From an uncultured delta proteobacterium (GTDB lineage: Bacteria; Myxococcota_A; Polyangia; Polyangiales; Polyangiaceae), in NCBI GenBank assembly GCA_963696385.1, contig CAVOKF010000006.1, forward strand, positions 96,001 through 160,000: DNA of 64,000 bases. Reading direction: 5' to 3'. Every line of letters begins with the position of its first letter. Within the stretch, counting starts at the first letter, position 1. Of this stretch, positions 28,727 to 37,967 are shown piece by piece. A program made the position numbers and the translations under genes. Below the pieces are notes generated by a model. That model worked only from the letters and a program-made list of their open reading frames with translations, ran no database searches and had not been told where the DNA came from.

Positions 28727-30112
28727 ATGACCATTCGTCACAAGGCGATCGCGCCCATCGCGATCGCAGGGGCAATCTCCATGTGCGCGCACGCCGCGCG
28801 AGCCCAAACCTCTTCGGCCGGCGCCGAGGCACCAGCGCGCGAGCCCGCGAGCACGCCGCAGGCGACGCCGGGGCCCACGAGCCCCGTGGAGGCGACGCCG
28901 ACGCCGTCGAGCTCCGGAGGCGCGACACCGACGGGCGCACCGGCGGCGATCCCCGCGCCCACGAGCCCCGCCGCGGCTCCAGGGGTCAAAACGGCAACCG
29001 CACCTGCATCGGGGCCAGCGTCGCCTGGCCAGCCGACGGCCACCGCAGCCGAGCCGACGGTTCACGCCAACGAGCACGAGGGACTGAGTAGTCAGGGAGC
29101 TGCGCCCGCATTGGCCACTCCTGCCGTTCCCGAATGGATGAAGTGGATGAGAGGGGTGACGATCGGAGCGGGCGTACTTCTCTGGTACTACCAACCAATT
29201 CACGTCCCTGGCGTAGAAAACGACGTGAGTGTCTTCTGGGCCAGGCTCCTCGTCGACGGCAAGTGGGGCATCTTCGGCCTGCACCTCGAACCGCGCTTTC
29301 GCGACACCAAGCTGCGTCCCTTTTTCGACGGACCCGCATGGCTTCAGGAGGCGTACGCATCCGCCGATTTCGGGAACACGCAGCTGCGGGTGGGCAAGAC
29401 CTACAGCCGATTGGGACTCTTCTGGTACACGTCTTTCTACGGAAATGTCCAGGTGTACGACGGGCTCAAATTGGACCCCGATTATGGGGCGACGCTCCAG
29501 GGCGATCTGGGAAAGGCAACCGATCCGGTCAGCCTAGGCTGGTGGCTTCAATACTTCGTCGTCGATGGCTCGACGAACGTGTCGCTCGAGAATCGGGACA
29601 CGATCTCCTACGCAGGGGCTCGCCGCCGCAATCAAGTCATCGGTCGAGTGGAGCCGCGATTTGCATTCGGCCCGGCCAAGCTCGCGCTGGGTGCCTCCGG
29701 GGAGTACCTGGAGGCGACGGGCCTGCCGTCGCTCGATGCCCAAAATGTCTGGCGTGCGGCCGCCGACGCCACGTTCACGGTCGGTGACCTTGTGGTACGA
29801 GGCGAATACCTCCATCAGGGAGGTCTCACCGTAGCCAACTTCCCGTACACGGGTCGGCCGTCGGGCAACAACGATTACGTTTTGGCGGGAGCTGAATACA
29901 CGATCGGGCCGGTGACCGGCGTTTATACGTTCAGCCTGGGCAGCTACAACGATGTCTCGTATAAGGAGACGATGCACGTGCCCGCGATCAGCGTCGCCGT
30001 GAGCTCGAACATTTCGCTCCTCGGCGAGCTCGTGTTCTGGTCGAGCACGTCGCCGACGGGCAGCTCGCTCATCGATCGGAGTTTCAACGTCACGCTGCAT
30101 GCCCATCTTTAG
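28727..30112 (+). CDS. putative outer-membrane beta-barrel (porin-like) protein
   Basis: Signal peptide, Pro/Ala/Thr linker, alternating aromatic beta-strands, C-terminal strand 'FNVTLHAHL'. Confidence 0.65.
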   Translation: MTIRHKAIAPIAIAGAISMCAHAARAQTSSAGAEAPAREPASTPQATPGPTSPVEATPTPSSSGGATPTGAPAAIPAPTSPAAAPGVKTATAPASGPASPGQPTATAAEPTVHANEHEGLSSQGAAPALATPAVPEWMKWMRGVTIGAGVLLWYYQPIHVPGVENDVSVFWARLLVDGKWGIFGLHLEPRFRDTKLRPFFDGPAWLQEAYASADFGNTQLRVGKTYSRLGLFWYTSFYGNVQVYDGLKLDPDYGATLQGDLGKATDPVSLGWWLQYFVVDGSTNVSLENRDTISYAGARRRNQVIGRVEPRFAFGPAKLALGASGEYLEATGLPSLDAQNVWRAAADATFTVGDLVVRGEYLHQGGLTVANFPYTGRPSGNNDYVLAGAEYTIGPVTGVYTFSLGSYNDVSYKETMHVPAISVAVSSNISLLGELVFWSSTSPTGSSLIDRSFNVTLHAHL

Positions 30113-30641
30113 GTGAATCGCGCACTCGGCCCTTGCGGGACACAGACAGCCCTTTCGCTGGCGGGTGGATGCCGACTTCTTGCAAGAAGACGACTCCGCG
30201 CGCCGGCGAGAGGCGCTTCAGGCGGGGGCCGCACTCGCTGACGCGCACGGTTTCCGGGGCGCGAGCCCTGGGTCGCCCGCACCGTGCTGGAGCTCGTGAC
30301 CGTACAGCCCGAGGCCCGCCGTCCCGCGAAACGACGGCACGTATGCAAGCCGTTTTCCCCTGAGGGGCCCGGCTGTTTCGGCCATCGATGCCGACGGGAA
30401 CCCCTCGGAGGGTCCTCGCCGTTGGCGAGGCCGCAGGCCAGGGCCACCCACGGCGCCGTACGGGGTCAGAACCCAGCGGCCGGCCGTTTCGGGGCGGGTG
30501 CAGTACACCCGAAGGATGCACCCCGACGACCGACTCGTGGGGGACGACCGGTCGGGTGCTTCCGACCTTTCAGATTGAGATCCGGGGTGGTTGCGCGGTC
30601 AACGGACCCCTTCCCTGCCCGGCGCAGCGCGACTGACCGCC

Positions 30642-31883
30642 TCAACTCCATGCGTGAAGCGGCGGATTGACCCCGTTGAGGTAGTAATTGCCGAGGATTG
30701 CGTACTTCCAGCGGACCGGATCGTGAAGGGTGTGCGTGCGAGCGTTTCGCCAATGCCGATCGAGGGCGTGCTCGGCCAGCGTCGATCGGGTGCCGGCGAG
30801 CTCGAAAATCTTGTTGGTGGCCAGAATGGCCAAGTCGGTCGAAAAAATCTTGGCTTTGGCCACTTCGATTTGCGCTTCGGCGACCGTTTGGGTAGTGGGC
30901 TCCGCCACGGCGCGGTCCACCGCGCGCCCCGCCCCGTCGAGCAACGCCTGGGTCGCGCTCAATCGGAGCTCGAGGTCGCCAATCGCCTGAATCGTGTACG
31001 GATCGGCGGTCGCCGCCTCCACACCGCTATCGACCCAGGCTCGAGTTTTCGTCTTCACGAATTCGATCGTGTCCTCGATGGCGGCCCGAGCGATGCCGGT
31101 GTCGACGGCGGCCTGGATAATCTGGAAGATCGCGCCGTCGGCGGTCGGGTGGTCGTACCCTTTGTAGCCGGGAACCAGGTGCGTCTTTGGTACCTTGACG
31201 TCTTTGAGCAGCACCGTTCCGCTGAGGGTGGTGCGCTGTCCAAAACTCGACCAATCGTCGATGACGCTCAAGCCGGGCGCATCCCGCTCGGCGATCGCGT
31301 ACCAGGCCCTACCCTGATCATCGAGCGCCACAATGGGCACGAGGTGCGCGAGTAGCGCGCCGGTCGCGTAAAACTTCCGGCCGTTGACGAGCACGTGGTC
31401 GCCCTTGTCGTCGAAGTGCGTCTCGAAGTCGACCGCGCGCTTCGACCCGTATTCGGAAAACGCGTTGCCGAACCGAAGGCCGCGGAGGACTGCGGCAAAC
31501 AAGAGCTTCTGCTGGGCCGGATCCGAAACGGTACGAATCGCGGCCACAACGCCGAGATGATTCTGCGGAATCTGACCGAGCGACGGGTCTGCGGCCGAGA
31601 TGATTTCGATGACGCGCGAGAGTGTGACGTACGACACTTCGGGCCCGCCGAACGTCTTTGGCACATTGATGGACCAGAGACCGCTCTGCGAAAAATCATC
31701 GAGTTCTTCGAGCGGTCGCCGCCGTGTTCGGTCCCGCTCGGCGGCGCCTTTGGCAAACTTCTGGGCGAGCTCCCGCGCGACGGCGATGGCTTCTCGATCG
31801 TCACGAATGATGTGCGCGGGGTGTTTGGGGCGGGCCACCGCCGGCACGGGCTCGGTGGCATTCTGCGAGGAAGCGCTGGTCAT
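30642..31883 (-). CDS. sfnB: SfnB-family sulfur-acquisition oxidoreductase
   Basis: 'HIIRDDREAIAVAREL', 'ADPSLGQIPQNH', 'DDWSSFGQRTT', '[19 protein letters not shown]'. Confidence 0.85.
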   Translation of the reverse strand: MTSASSQNATEPVPAVARPKHPAHIIRDDREAIAVARELAQKFAKGAAERDRTRRRPLEELDDFSQSGLWSINVPKTFGGPEVSYVTLSRVIEIISAADPSLGQIPQNHLGVVAAIRTVSDPAQQKLLFAAVLRGLRFGNAFSEYGSKRAVDFETHFDDKGDHVLVNGRKFYATGALLAHLVPIVALDDQGRAWYAIAERDAPGLSVIDDWSSFGQRTTLSGTVLLKDVKVPKTHLVPGYKGYDHPTADGAIFQIIQAAVDTGIARAAIEDTIEFVKTKTRAWVDSGVEAATADPYTIQAIGDLELRLSATQALLDGAGRAVDRAVAEPTTQTVAEAQIEVAKAKIFSTDLAILATNKIFELAGTRSTLAEHALDRHWRNARTHTLHDPVRWKYAILGNYYLNGVNPPLHAWS

Positions 31884-31906
31884 GGAACGTCTCCGCAACG
31901 GACGCA

Positions 31907-31922
31907 AGCATCGGCCGTGCCA
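31907..31922 (-). promoter_or_regulatory. sigma54-type -24/-12 motif upstream of sfnB
   Basis: TGGCACG-GCCG-ATGCT on minus strand. Confidence 0.7.
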
Positions 31923-32166
31923 CGGCAACTGGATACGGCGACGCACGAAAAGGCGGGCCCTGGGCGTTGCTGTGCACCCGCAGGTGATGAGCCTCGAGCA
32001 GCGAGTGTTGGCGGACTGCTGCTGGACGCGCAAACGGCCCGCCGCCGCGAGGTGGCGAGGCGAGCGAAGGTTAAGATTCCTTTGGCAACGTCCGCTGTCG
32101 TTGAAACGCAGACCCATCGGCAGTCCCTTGAAGCGGTCCGCGTAGCCGCGCGGCGGCGGTGTCCGC

Positions 32167-33111
32167 TCACTGAGACACGAGCGCGTACATGGCAAAGGTA
32201 CCGGGATTGTTCGCCACAATGAGCTTGGGCGTTTTCCACTGACCGGCAACCAGCCGCGTGTGATACGGCACATACATACCGGACGACTGCGGGGAGCCCC
32301 CGAAGACGACCTCGGCCGTGGCGGTTCCGACTCCCGCCGCGAGTCCCACCTGGGCGGAATCGATGGTGTCCAGCCCCCACGATGCAAAGACCGTCGTTGC
32401 GGTCGACCAATTCGTTCCGTCGAACTGCGAAACATAGGCGTATTGGTTCACCGAGATGAACGCGAGAATGGCTTGGCCATCCGGCAGCGCCAGCATCGGT
32501 GTGGCAAAACTCGGGCTGGGGCTGTCGCCCGCGCCCATGTTCGGCCGGTTGGGATCAGTGTTGTCGACCTTGGTCGGCAACCCAAAATCCTGGACGGTCG
32601 ACCAAAGGCTTGCCGTCCGGGTGGCAAAGTGCAAGTCGGACATGGCGCTATCGGTGTAGACGACCATGAGCTCAGCACCTGTTCCGCTGAGAGCGATCAG
32701 ACTGGGAGCAAACGATGAGGTCGCGGCCGCCGACGCAGTCCCGGATTCGATCACAGTCTCGGCACCCCATGTGCCGTTGGTGCGGTCCACGGCGACCAAC
32801 GCGCCGTCGGCAGACCGAACGTAGGCCACTGTGGCGTCCGCCCCGCGTGCCGCGATGCTGGGCGCGCCCCCCGTCAGCGCCCCGATCTTGGTCACGGTCG
32901 ACCACGAGCCGGTGGCTCGCGCCGCACTCGATTCGGCCTTCGTGCCGTCGCCGGCAAAGGCGATCTCCGGGGATGTCGAACCCACGGTCAGCGACGGGGC
33001 GCCGGAAGCGGTCACTGCGGGGCCGATGGCAGCAAATGGCGCCCATGTGCCGGCCGCCCAGGTCGCGAATTGAACGGGCCCCGATGCCCCTGTCACGTCC
33101 GCTGCATCGGG
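32167..33111 (-). pseudogene. 5'-truncated secreted beta-propeller-like protein
   Basis: Repeated 'G.WS'/'APSI/L' blades; coding-like sequence begins exactly at the outer end of repeat copy 8. Confidence 0.65.
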
Positions 33112-33220
33112 CGAGTAGTAAGCCCAAAGCACGTCGGTCGACGAAGAGCCCGCGGAAGCCACCGCGGAAACATATCGCGTCTTAGGGGCTTCCGTTGTCA
33201 CCGAGCGGCGAACCGATTTG
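33112..33220 (+). repeat. oriIS-like repeat, copy 8 (native position downstream of the IS91-like transposase)
   Basis: Outer end 176 nt past the transposase stop; on the coding strand it ends GCTTTGGGCTTACTACTCG, resembling IS91/ISCR oriIS termini. Confidence 0.85.
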
Positions 33221-33287
33221 AACAGAATCCAAAGCGCACGTCGCCCGCGCGGCGCTGCATCAGCACGCCGCACTCGGGGCTCGTCGT

Positions 33288-34997
33288 TCACGCGAGTTGG
33301 AGCTCGAGTTGGTCCGACGGCTCGGCGTCTTGCGCATCGTCGGTCGGGTCGCGCGCCCGGGCGACTGGCGGCGCCTCGGTCGGCAGGCCGAGATGGGCAA
33401 GGATCTGGCGCACGGGCTCGCGCTCGGTGATCACGGCGAGCACCCGCAGTCGGCCGTGGCACTTCGGACATTGCAGAACGTCGAGGTCAAACGTTCGCCT
33501 CAAGAGCGTGGGCCAGTCCACGCGAGGCGAGGCCGCGTAGATGGCGCCGCCGAGCAGCCGTTCCCAGTGGCTGACGGCAAGCACGTTTGGTGCGAGCGCG
33601 ATGACCTCTCCCCGGAGCGCGAAGATGGGCAGTGCGGCCGGCCCCGCCTTTGTCGAGGAAACGCCGGCCGGCGCCGCACTCTCGACTTTGCTCGCTGTCG
33701 GTGCCGCTGCACCCGGACGCGCGGGGCCGGGACCCGCCATCGGATCGGTGACCGGCTTGGCCGCGCTCGACACGGGCGGTGAAGTGGGCGCGCGGGGGCA
33801 GGCAGGAGCCGTCTCGGGCGGGTTCGGTACCACGTCGCGTCGCCAGCTCGAGTGCGGCCCGAGCACTCCGCTGTAGCGCACCAGAGGGTACCGAGGGGGC
33901 GCAATGATCGCGCTCAACCGCGCCATGAAATCCATCGCGCTCATAATCCGGTACTTGCCTCGGCCGCGACGGACGTACTTGAGTCGATAGGCCACCCGCC
34001 CGCCGGGCAACCTACGAAGTCGCTCGAGCGAGAGCGGAGGTCGCGCGCCGTAGCGCGCCAGTCGTTCGCGACCCACGTGATCACCCGCTTCGATGCGGAC
34101 GCCGGCATGAACATTGAACCCGTCTCGCTCGACCGCGCCCACGAGCCCCTCGGGCCGCGCCTCCCGGTCGTCGTCCTTCGACCCGTCGTCGTCGTCGTTC
34201 GACAAGGTCGAGACCGTGCCACGGCCCATGGCGATGTCCGCGCAGGCGTCGAGGGCGGTCTGCGACGGCGGCTCGTTCGAGCGGTCTTCGAGCGGCGTGT
34301 CCTCCACATGGCCGTGGCGGCGCAGCCACGCCACGCTACGGTTCATCACACGCTCGACCAGCGCCTCGAGCTCGACCGGCGTCGGAGCGGCCGCCGGATG
34401 AAAGAGCACACGACGGTCCGGGTCCCGGGTGACGACGCCATCGAGCACCAACACGTGAAAATGCACGTTGAGATTCAAACTGCCGAAGCGTTGAACAAAG
34501 GTTACCGCTCCGCACTGCGCATCCTCGAGGCCCTCGCGCTGGGCGCGAGCGCGGTAGCGGGCAAAGATGGCCTCGACGAAGATGCGGCCCAGGGCTGTGA
34601 GAACGTCGGCCTTGAACGCCGCAAGCTTGCGCAGCTCGTACGGGAGCGACAGAACGTATTGCCGCACAGGGACGTCGGGCAAGACTCGGTCGACCAAGTG
34701 GGCAGCCGTGTTGGCCATACGCCTGCCGCAGCAACTGGGGCAGAGAGATCTTCCTTTACAGGAAAAAGCCACAAGCAAGTCGTGGCCGCATGAGTCGCAG
34801 TGGCAGCGCGTAAATCCGCACGCAAATACGCCGCAATTCAAGTACGCGCGCAGCTCCGCTTCCACGTAGCGGGGTAGCCCTCCCTCGTAGTTCTCGCGCG
34901 CGTACGCGAGAAACGATTCCAGATTCTCGCGCACCAATCCGTACAGGACCGTTTCGGTCGGGCGACGGGGAACGTAGGCGGGCGCGAGAGCGGCCAC
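33288..34997 (-). CDS. IS91/ISCR-family rolling-circle (HUH) transposase
   Basis: Zn-binding 'C..CGHDLLVAFSCKGRSLCPSC', HUH 'NVHFHVLVLDG', 'ERLARYGAR', C-terminal 'DVLQCPKCHGRLRVLA'. Confidence 0.93.
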   Translation of the reverse strand: MAALAPAYVPRRPTETVLYGLVRENLESFLAYARENYEGGLPRYVEAELRAYLNCGVFACGFTRCHCDSCGHDLLVAFSCKGRSLCPSCCGRRMANTAAHLVDRVLPDVPVRQYVLSLPYELRKLAAFKADVLTALGRIFVEAIFARYRARAQREGLEDAQCGAVTFVQRFGSLNLNVHFHVLVLDGVVTRDPDRRVLFHPAAAPTPVELEALVERVMNRSVAWLRRHGHVEDTPLEDRSNEPPSQTALDACADIAMGRGTVSTLSNDDDDGSKDDDREARPEGLVGAVERDGFNVHAGVRIEAGDHVGRERLARYGARPPLSLERLRRLPGGRVAYRLKYVRRGRGKYRIMSAMDFMARLSAIIAPPRYPLVRYSGVLGPHSSWRRDVVPNPPETAPACPRAPTSPPVSSAAKPVTDPMAGPGPARPGAAAPTASKVESAAPAGVSSTKAGPAALPIFALRGEVIALAPNVLAVSHWERLLGGAIYAASPRVDWPTLLRRTFDLDVLQCPKCHGRLRVLAVITEREPVRQILAHLGLPTEAPPVARARDPTDDAQDAEPSDQLELQLA

Positions 34998-35215
34998 GGG
35001 CGCTCGAACACGCCTTTTTTCGTGCCACGCTCGCGCGACTGGATTTCACGGCGAAAGCAACCCGCGTCGGGTGACCCGGTCAGGTTCGAGGGTGACGCGG
35101 CCACCGCAGCGGTCGTCGCCATCGGCCTCCCGCAGACCGATGCGGGACCGCACGTCTGCCGCCATCGAGTCCGCTGGCCCGCGGATCTCGCTCGCGATCG
35201 GCCCACGCCCACCCA

Positions 35216-35653
35216 TTATGCGGGCGCCCGCTCGGCCTCTCCGCCGCCGCCCCCTTGCGGCAGCCCATCGGTGAAGCGGTGGCCATCCGAGAACCGGTCG
35301 GCAAGGTGCGCGACAAACTGCTTCCATTGGCCCTCCGCAGCTTGCCGAGCCACCGGCTTGGCGCCCTCGGGGACGCCCGGAGTGCGCGCAAACCATTGCC
35401 GCAAGTAAATCCCAAACGCCTCCGACAGGAGCTCGAGGTCGTGGTGATCGCGTGCCATGGCCTGGTCGAGTCGGTCGAGACGCCGCAAGATAAGCGCCCC
35501 GTCGCTCGTGCCGTCGAGGTACTGACGCAACGCCTCCTCGATGACCGCGCGCTCGGAGAGCCCACTGGCGGCGCAGTGTTTGCTGAGTCGGTCGCGAAGC
35601 GCAACCGTCAGACGCGTGCTGACCCGGACGCGCCGGACTTTAGGGGTGACCAT
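35216..35653 (-). CDS. CopG/ribbon-helix-helix protein of the type found in conjugative traG-trbB regions
   Basis: RHH N-terminus 'VSTRL...SERAVIEEALRQYLD' then 'RRLDRL...DLELLSEAFGIYLRQW...TP'. Confidence 0.7.
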   Translation of the reverse strand: MVTPKVRRVRVSTRLTVALRDRLSKHCAASGLSERAVIEEALRQYLDGTSDGALILRRLDRLDQAMARDHHDLELLSEAFGIYLRQWFARTPGVPEGAKPVARQAAEGQWKQFVAHLADRFSDGHRFTDGLPQGGGGGEAERAPA

Positions 35654-35983
35654 GGCGAAGACTCCGATGCGTTGTCCTGAGGTGGGCCGCTCTACAAGCC
35701 GCGGTCTCGGTCCGGCGAGCGCACGACAACGTGACCTTTCGCGTCGAGTGACACTGAGGTGGACCCCTTCGTTCGGACCAAACTGGTCGGCAGTTAAGGT
35801 AGGGCCTGCTCTCGTTCTTTCTCTCGCTCGTGGGATATCTAAAGTCAAGTCGTAGTTGTTCTCGTCGTGAATTTCGTATCGGTCGTCCACATAGACTTCC
35901 ACGTGTCTGGTGGCAATTGAGGGGGGGGGCGGGGGGGAGACTGGCAAGTTGTGAGCGACCCTGTGGACGACGGTGGAAAGAAT

Positions 35984-36826
35984 TCACGCAGCCTTGCCCG
36001 ACCACAGTGCGTCGAAGAATGCCCTGGGTGTTTGGTAGCCGAGCGCTTGGTGCGGGCGGCTTTCGTTGTAGAACGTCATGTAGCGACCGATCCCGGCGCG
36101 CGCCTCGCGCACGTCTTCGTAGGCATGCAGGTACACCTCCTCGTATTTGACCGATCGCCAAAGCCGCTCGACGAACACGTTGTCGATGCAGCGGCCCTTG
36201 CCGTCCATGCTTATGCGAATGCCGCGTCGCCGAAGCACCTTCGTAAATGCGTCGGACGTGAATTGCGCGCCTTGGTCGGTATTGAAGATCTCGGGCGCAC
36301 CGAAGTGGGCAAGTGCCTGCTCCAGGGCGTCCACGCAGAAGCCGGGATCGAGCGTGTTCGACAGGCGCCAGGCGAGAACCCGCCGCGAGTACCAGTCCAG
36401 GATCGCGACGAGGTACACGAAGCCGTGCGCCAGCGGCACGTACGTGATGTCGCTTGCCCACACCTGATTGATGCGGCTGATCTCGAGGCCGCGAAGGAGG
36501 TAAGGATAGATCGCGTGCTCTTGACTCGGCCGACTCGTGCGCGCCCGAGGAGCCATGGCCTCCAGCCCCATGACCCGCATCAGTCGCTGGATATGTTTTC
36601 GATTCACTTCGTGGCCTTCGCCTCGCAACGCGATTGCGAGCTTGCGGCTCCCGTAAAACGGAAACCGCAGATGGAGCTCGTCGATCCGTCGCATCAGCGC
36701 AAGCTCCTCGGGCTCGGTTGGCTCGGGCACGTAGTACAGGCCCGAGCGCGATACGCGCAAAAGCTCGCATTGTCGGCGGACCGAAACCTTGCTGTCCGGG
36801 GCCACCATCGCGCGTCGGTCCTTCAC
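35984..36826 (-). CDS. IS3 transposase OrfB (DDE)
   Basis: 'WASDITY', 'FNTDQGAQF', '[15 protein letters not shown]'. Confidence 0.92.
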   Translation of the reverse strand: MKDRRAMVAPDSKVSVRRQCELLRVSRSGLYYVPEPTEPEELALMRRIDELHLRFPFYGSRKLAIALRGEGHEVNRKHIQRLMRVMGLEAMAPRARTSRPSQEHAIYPYLLRGLEISRINQVWASDITYVPLAHGFVYLVAILDWYSRRVLAWRLSNTLDPGFCVDALEQALAHFGAPEIFNTDQGAQFTSDAFTKVLRRRGIRISMDGKGRCIDNVFVERLWRSVKYEEVYLHAYEDVREARAGIGRYMTFYNESRPHQALGYQTPRAFFDALWSGKAA

Positions 36827-37116
36827 CGCAGCCGCCCGAGCCCGCGCGATAAAAAATCGCGTTCAACCGTGAGCTCGCCAATCTTCTTGAGTAGCTCCGC
36901 CTCGCGCTCGCGCTCCTCGCCACCATCGCTCCTGGCCCCCTCGGATTGGAATACGCGTGCTGCGTTTTCCACGAACGTCTTCTTCCACTTGAAGATCTGC
37001 GTCGGGTGAATCCCGTATCGACGCGCCAGCTCCGGGACCGTGGCCTCCTCCCGAATCGCCGCAAGCGCAACCTTCGCCTTGAATTCTGCCGTGTGCTTCG
37101 TGCGTGTATTTTTCAT
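36823..37116 (-). CDS. IS3 transposase OrfA (HTH)
   Basis: '[11 protein letters not shown]', '[12 protein letters not shown]'; T6 slippery run near its 3' end. Confidence 0.9.
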   Translation of the reverse strand: MKNTRTKHTAEFKAKVALAAIREEATVPELARRYGIHPTQIFKWKKTFVENAARVFQSEGARSDGGEEREREAELLKKIGELTVERDFLSRGLGRLR

Positions 37117-37274
37117 TGATCCTGCTCCTCGTCATCGGGGAGCAGGCCCGTCTTTACTACCTTAAGGGGTGGTCCGAAATTTGGGGTCCACTTCAGTGAT
37201 TCTCCCCCGCTACCCCCAGACCGTCACGAGACGATCGTCAATCCCATCTAGACACCATCCTGAATCGGGTCTCG

Positions 37275-37770
37275 ACAGAAACGTCCATCCGCGACACCGA
37301 CCGAAGTCCATCGCGACACCCGCGACGTCCATCCACGACACCAACCGACGTCCATCCACGACACCGGCCGAAGTCCATCGGCGACACGGACCGACGTCCA
37401 TCCGCGACACCGACCGAAGTCCATCGCGACACCAACCGACGTCCATCCACGACACCGGCCGACGTCCATCGCGACACCAACCGACGTCCATCCGCGACAC
37501 CAACCGACGTCCATCGCGACACCAACCGACGTCCATCCGCGACACCAACCGACGTCCATCGCGACACCAACCGACGTCCATCCGCGACACCAACCGACGT
37601 CCATCCGCGACACCGGCTCAACGTCCATCCGCGACACCGGCTCAACGTCCATCCGCGACACCCCCGACGTCCATCCACGACACCAACCGACGTCCATCCG
37701 CGACACCGGCCGACGTCCATCCGCGACACCGGCCGACGTCCATCCGCGACACCGACCGACGTCCGCGACC
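37275..37770. repeat. tandem repeat, ~22 units of 21-23 bp
   Basis: Consensus CCGACGTCCATC(C)GCGACACCAA, with 22- and 23-bp variants alternating in the middle. Confidence 0.92.
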
Positions 37771-37967
37771 ACGAGACGGCAGGCCTCCATGCATCAGAAG
37801 GTCGAGCGAAAGGAACTTGAATCACTGCGGCGGGCAGCCAGGGACGACATTGGTTCGGCGCGCATCCCCGTCATGACTGCCTCCAGGAAAGAAACGGGAC
37901 TCGCTGGGGTCGAGGGGAACGCCCCGCCCCCGGCCCGCATGCGCGCTAAACTCCGACCGTGGCTGGC

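Larger units (their letters stand above)
35755..37195 (-). mobile_element. IS3-family insertion sequence
   Basis: TG...CA ends with IR TGAGGTGGACCCC..TTCGGACC / GGTCCGAA..GGGGTCCACTTCA; two overlapping ORFs; no clear target duplication. Confidence 0.92.

Noticed and set aside
1082..33220. Classical integron attC array
   Set aside because: No consistent RYYYAAC/GTTRRRY boxes, the repeats truncate genes, one is tied to an IS91-like gene, and the only tyrosine recombinase is a tRNA-linked phage-type integrase
33215..33223. GATTTGAAC match to the tRNA-fMet T-arm as the distal att site
   Set aside because: Only 9 bp, and the adjacent acceptor-stem sequence does not match; plausible by chance
35010..35030. 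sigma54 promoter for the IS91-like transposase (TGGCACG on minus strand)
   Set aside because: GG-to-GC spacing is off by one base
37169..37876. Repetitive-peptide ORFs
   Set aside because: By-product of the minisatellite; no RBS or domain evidence
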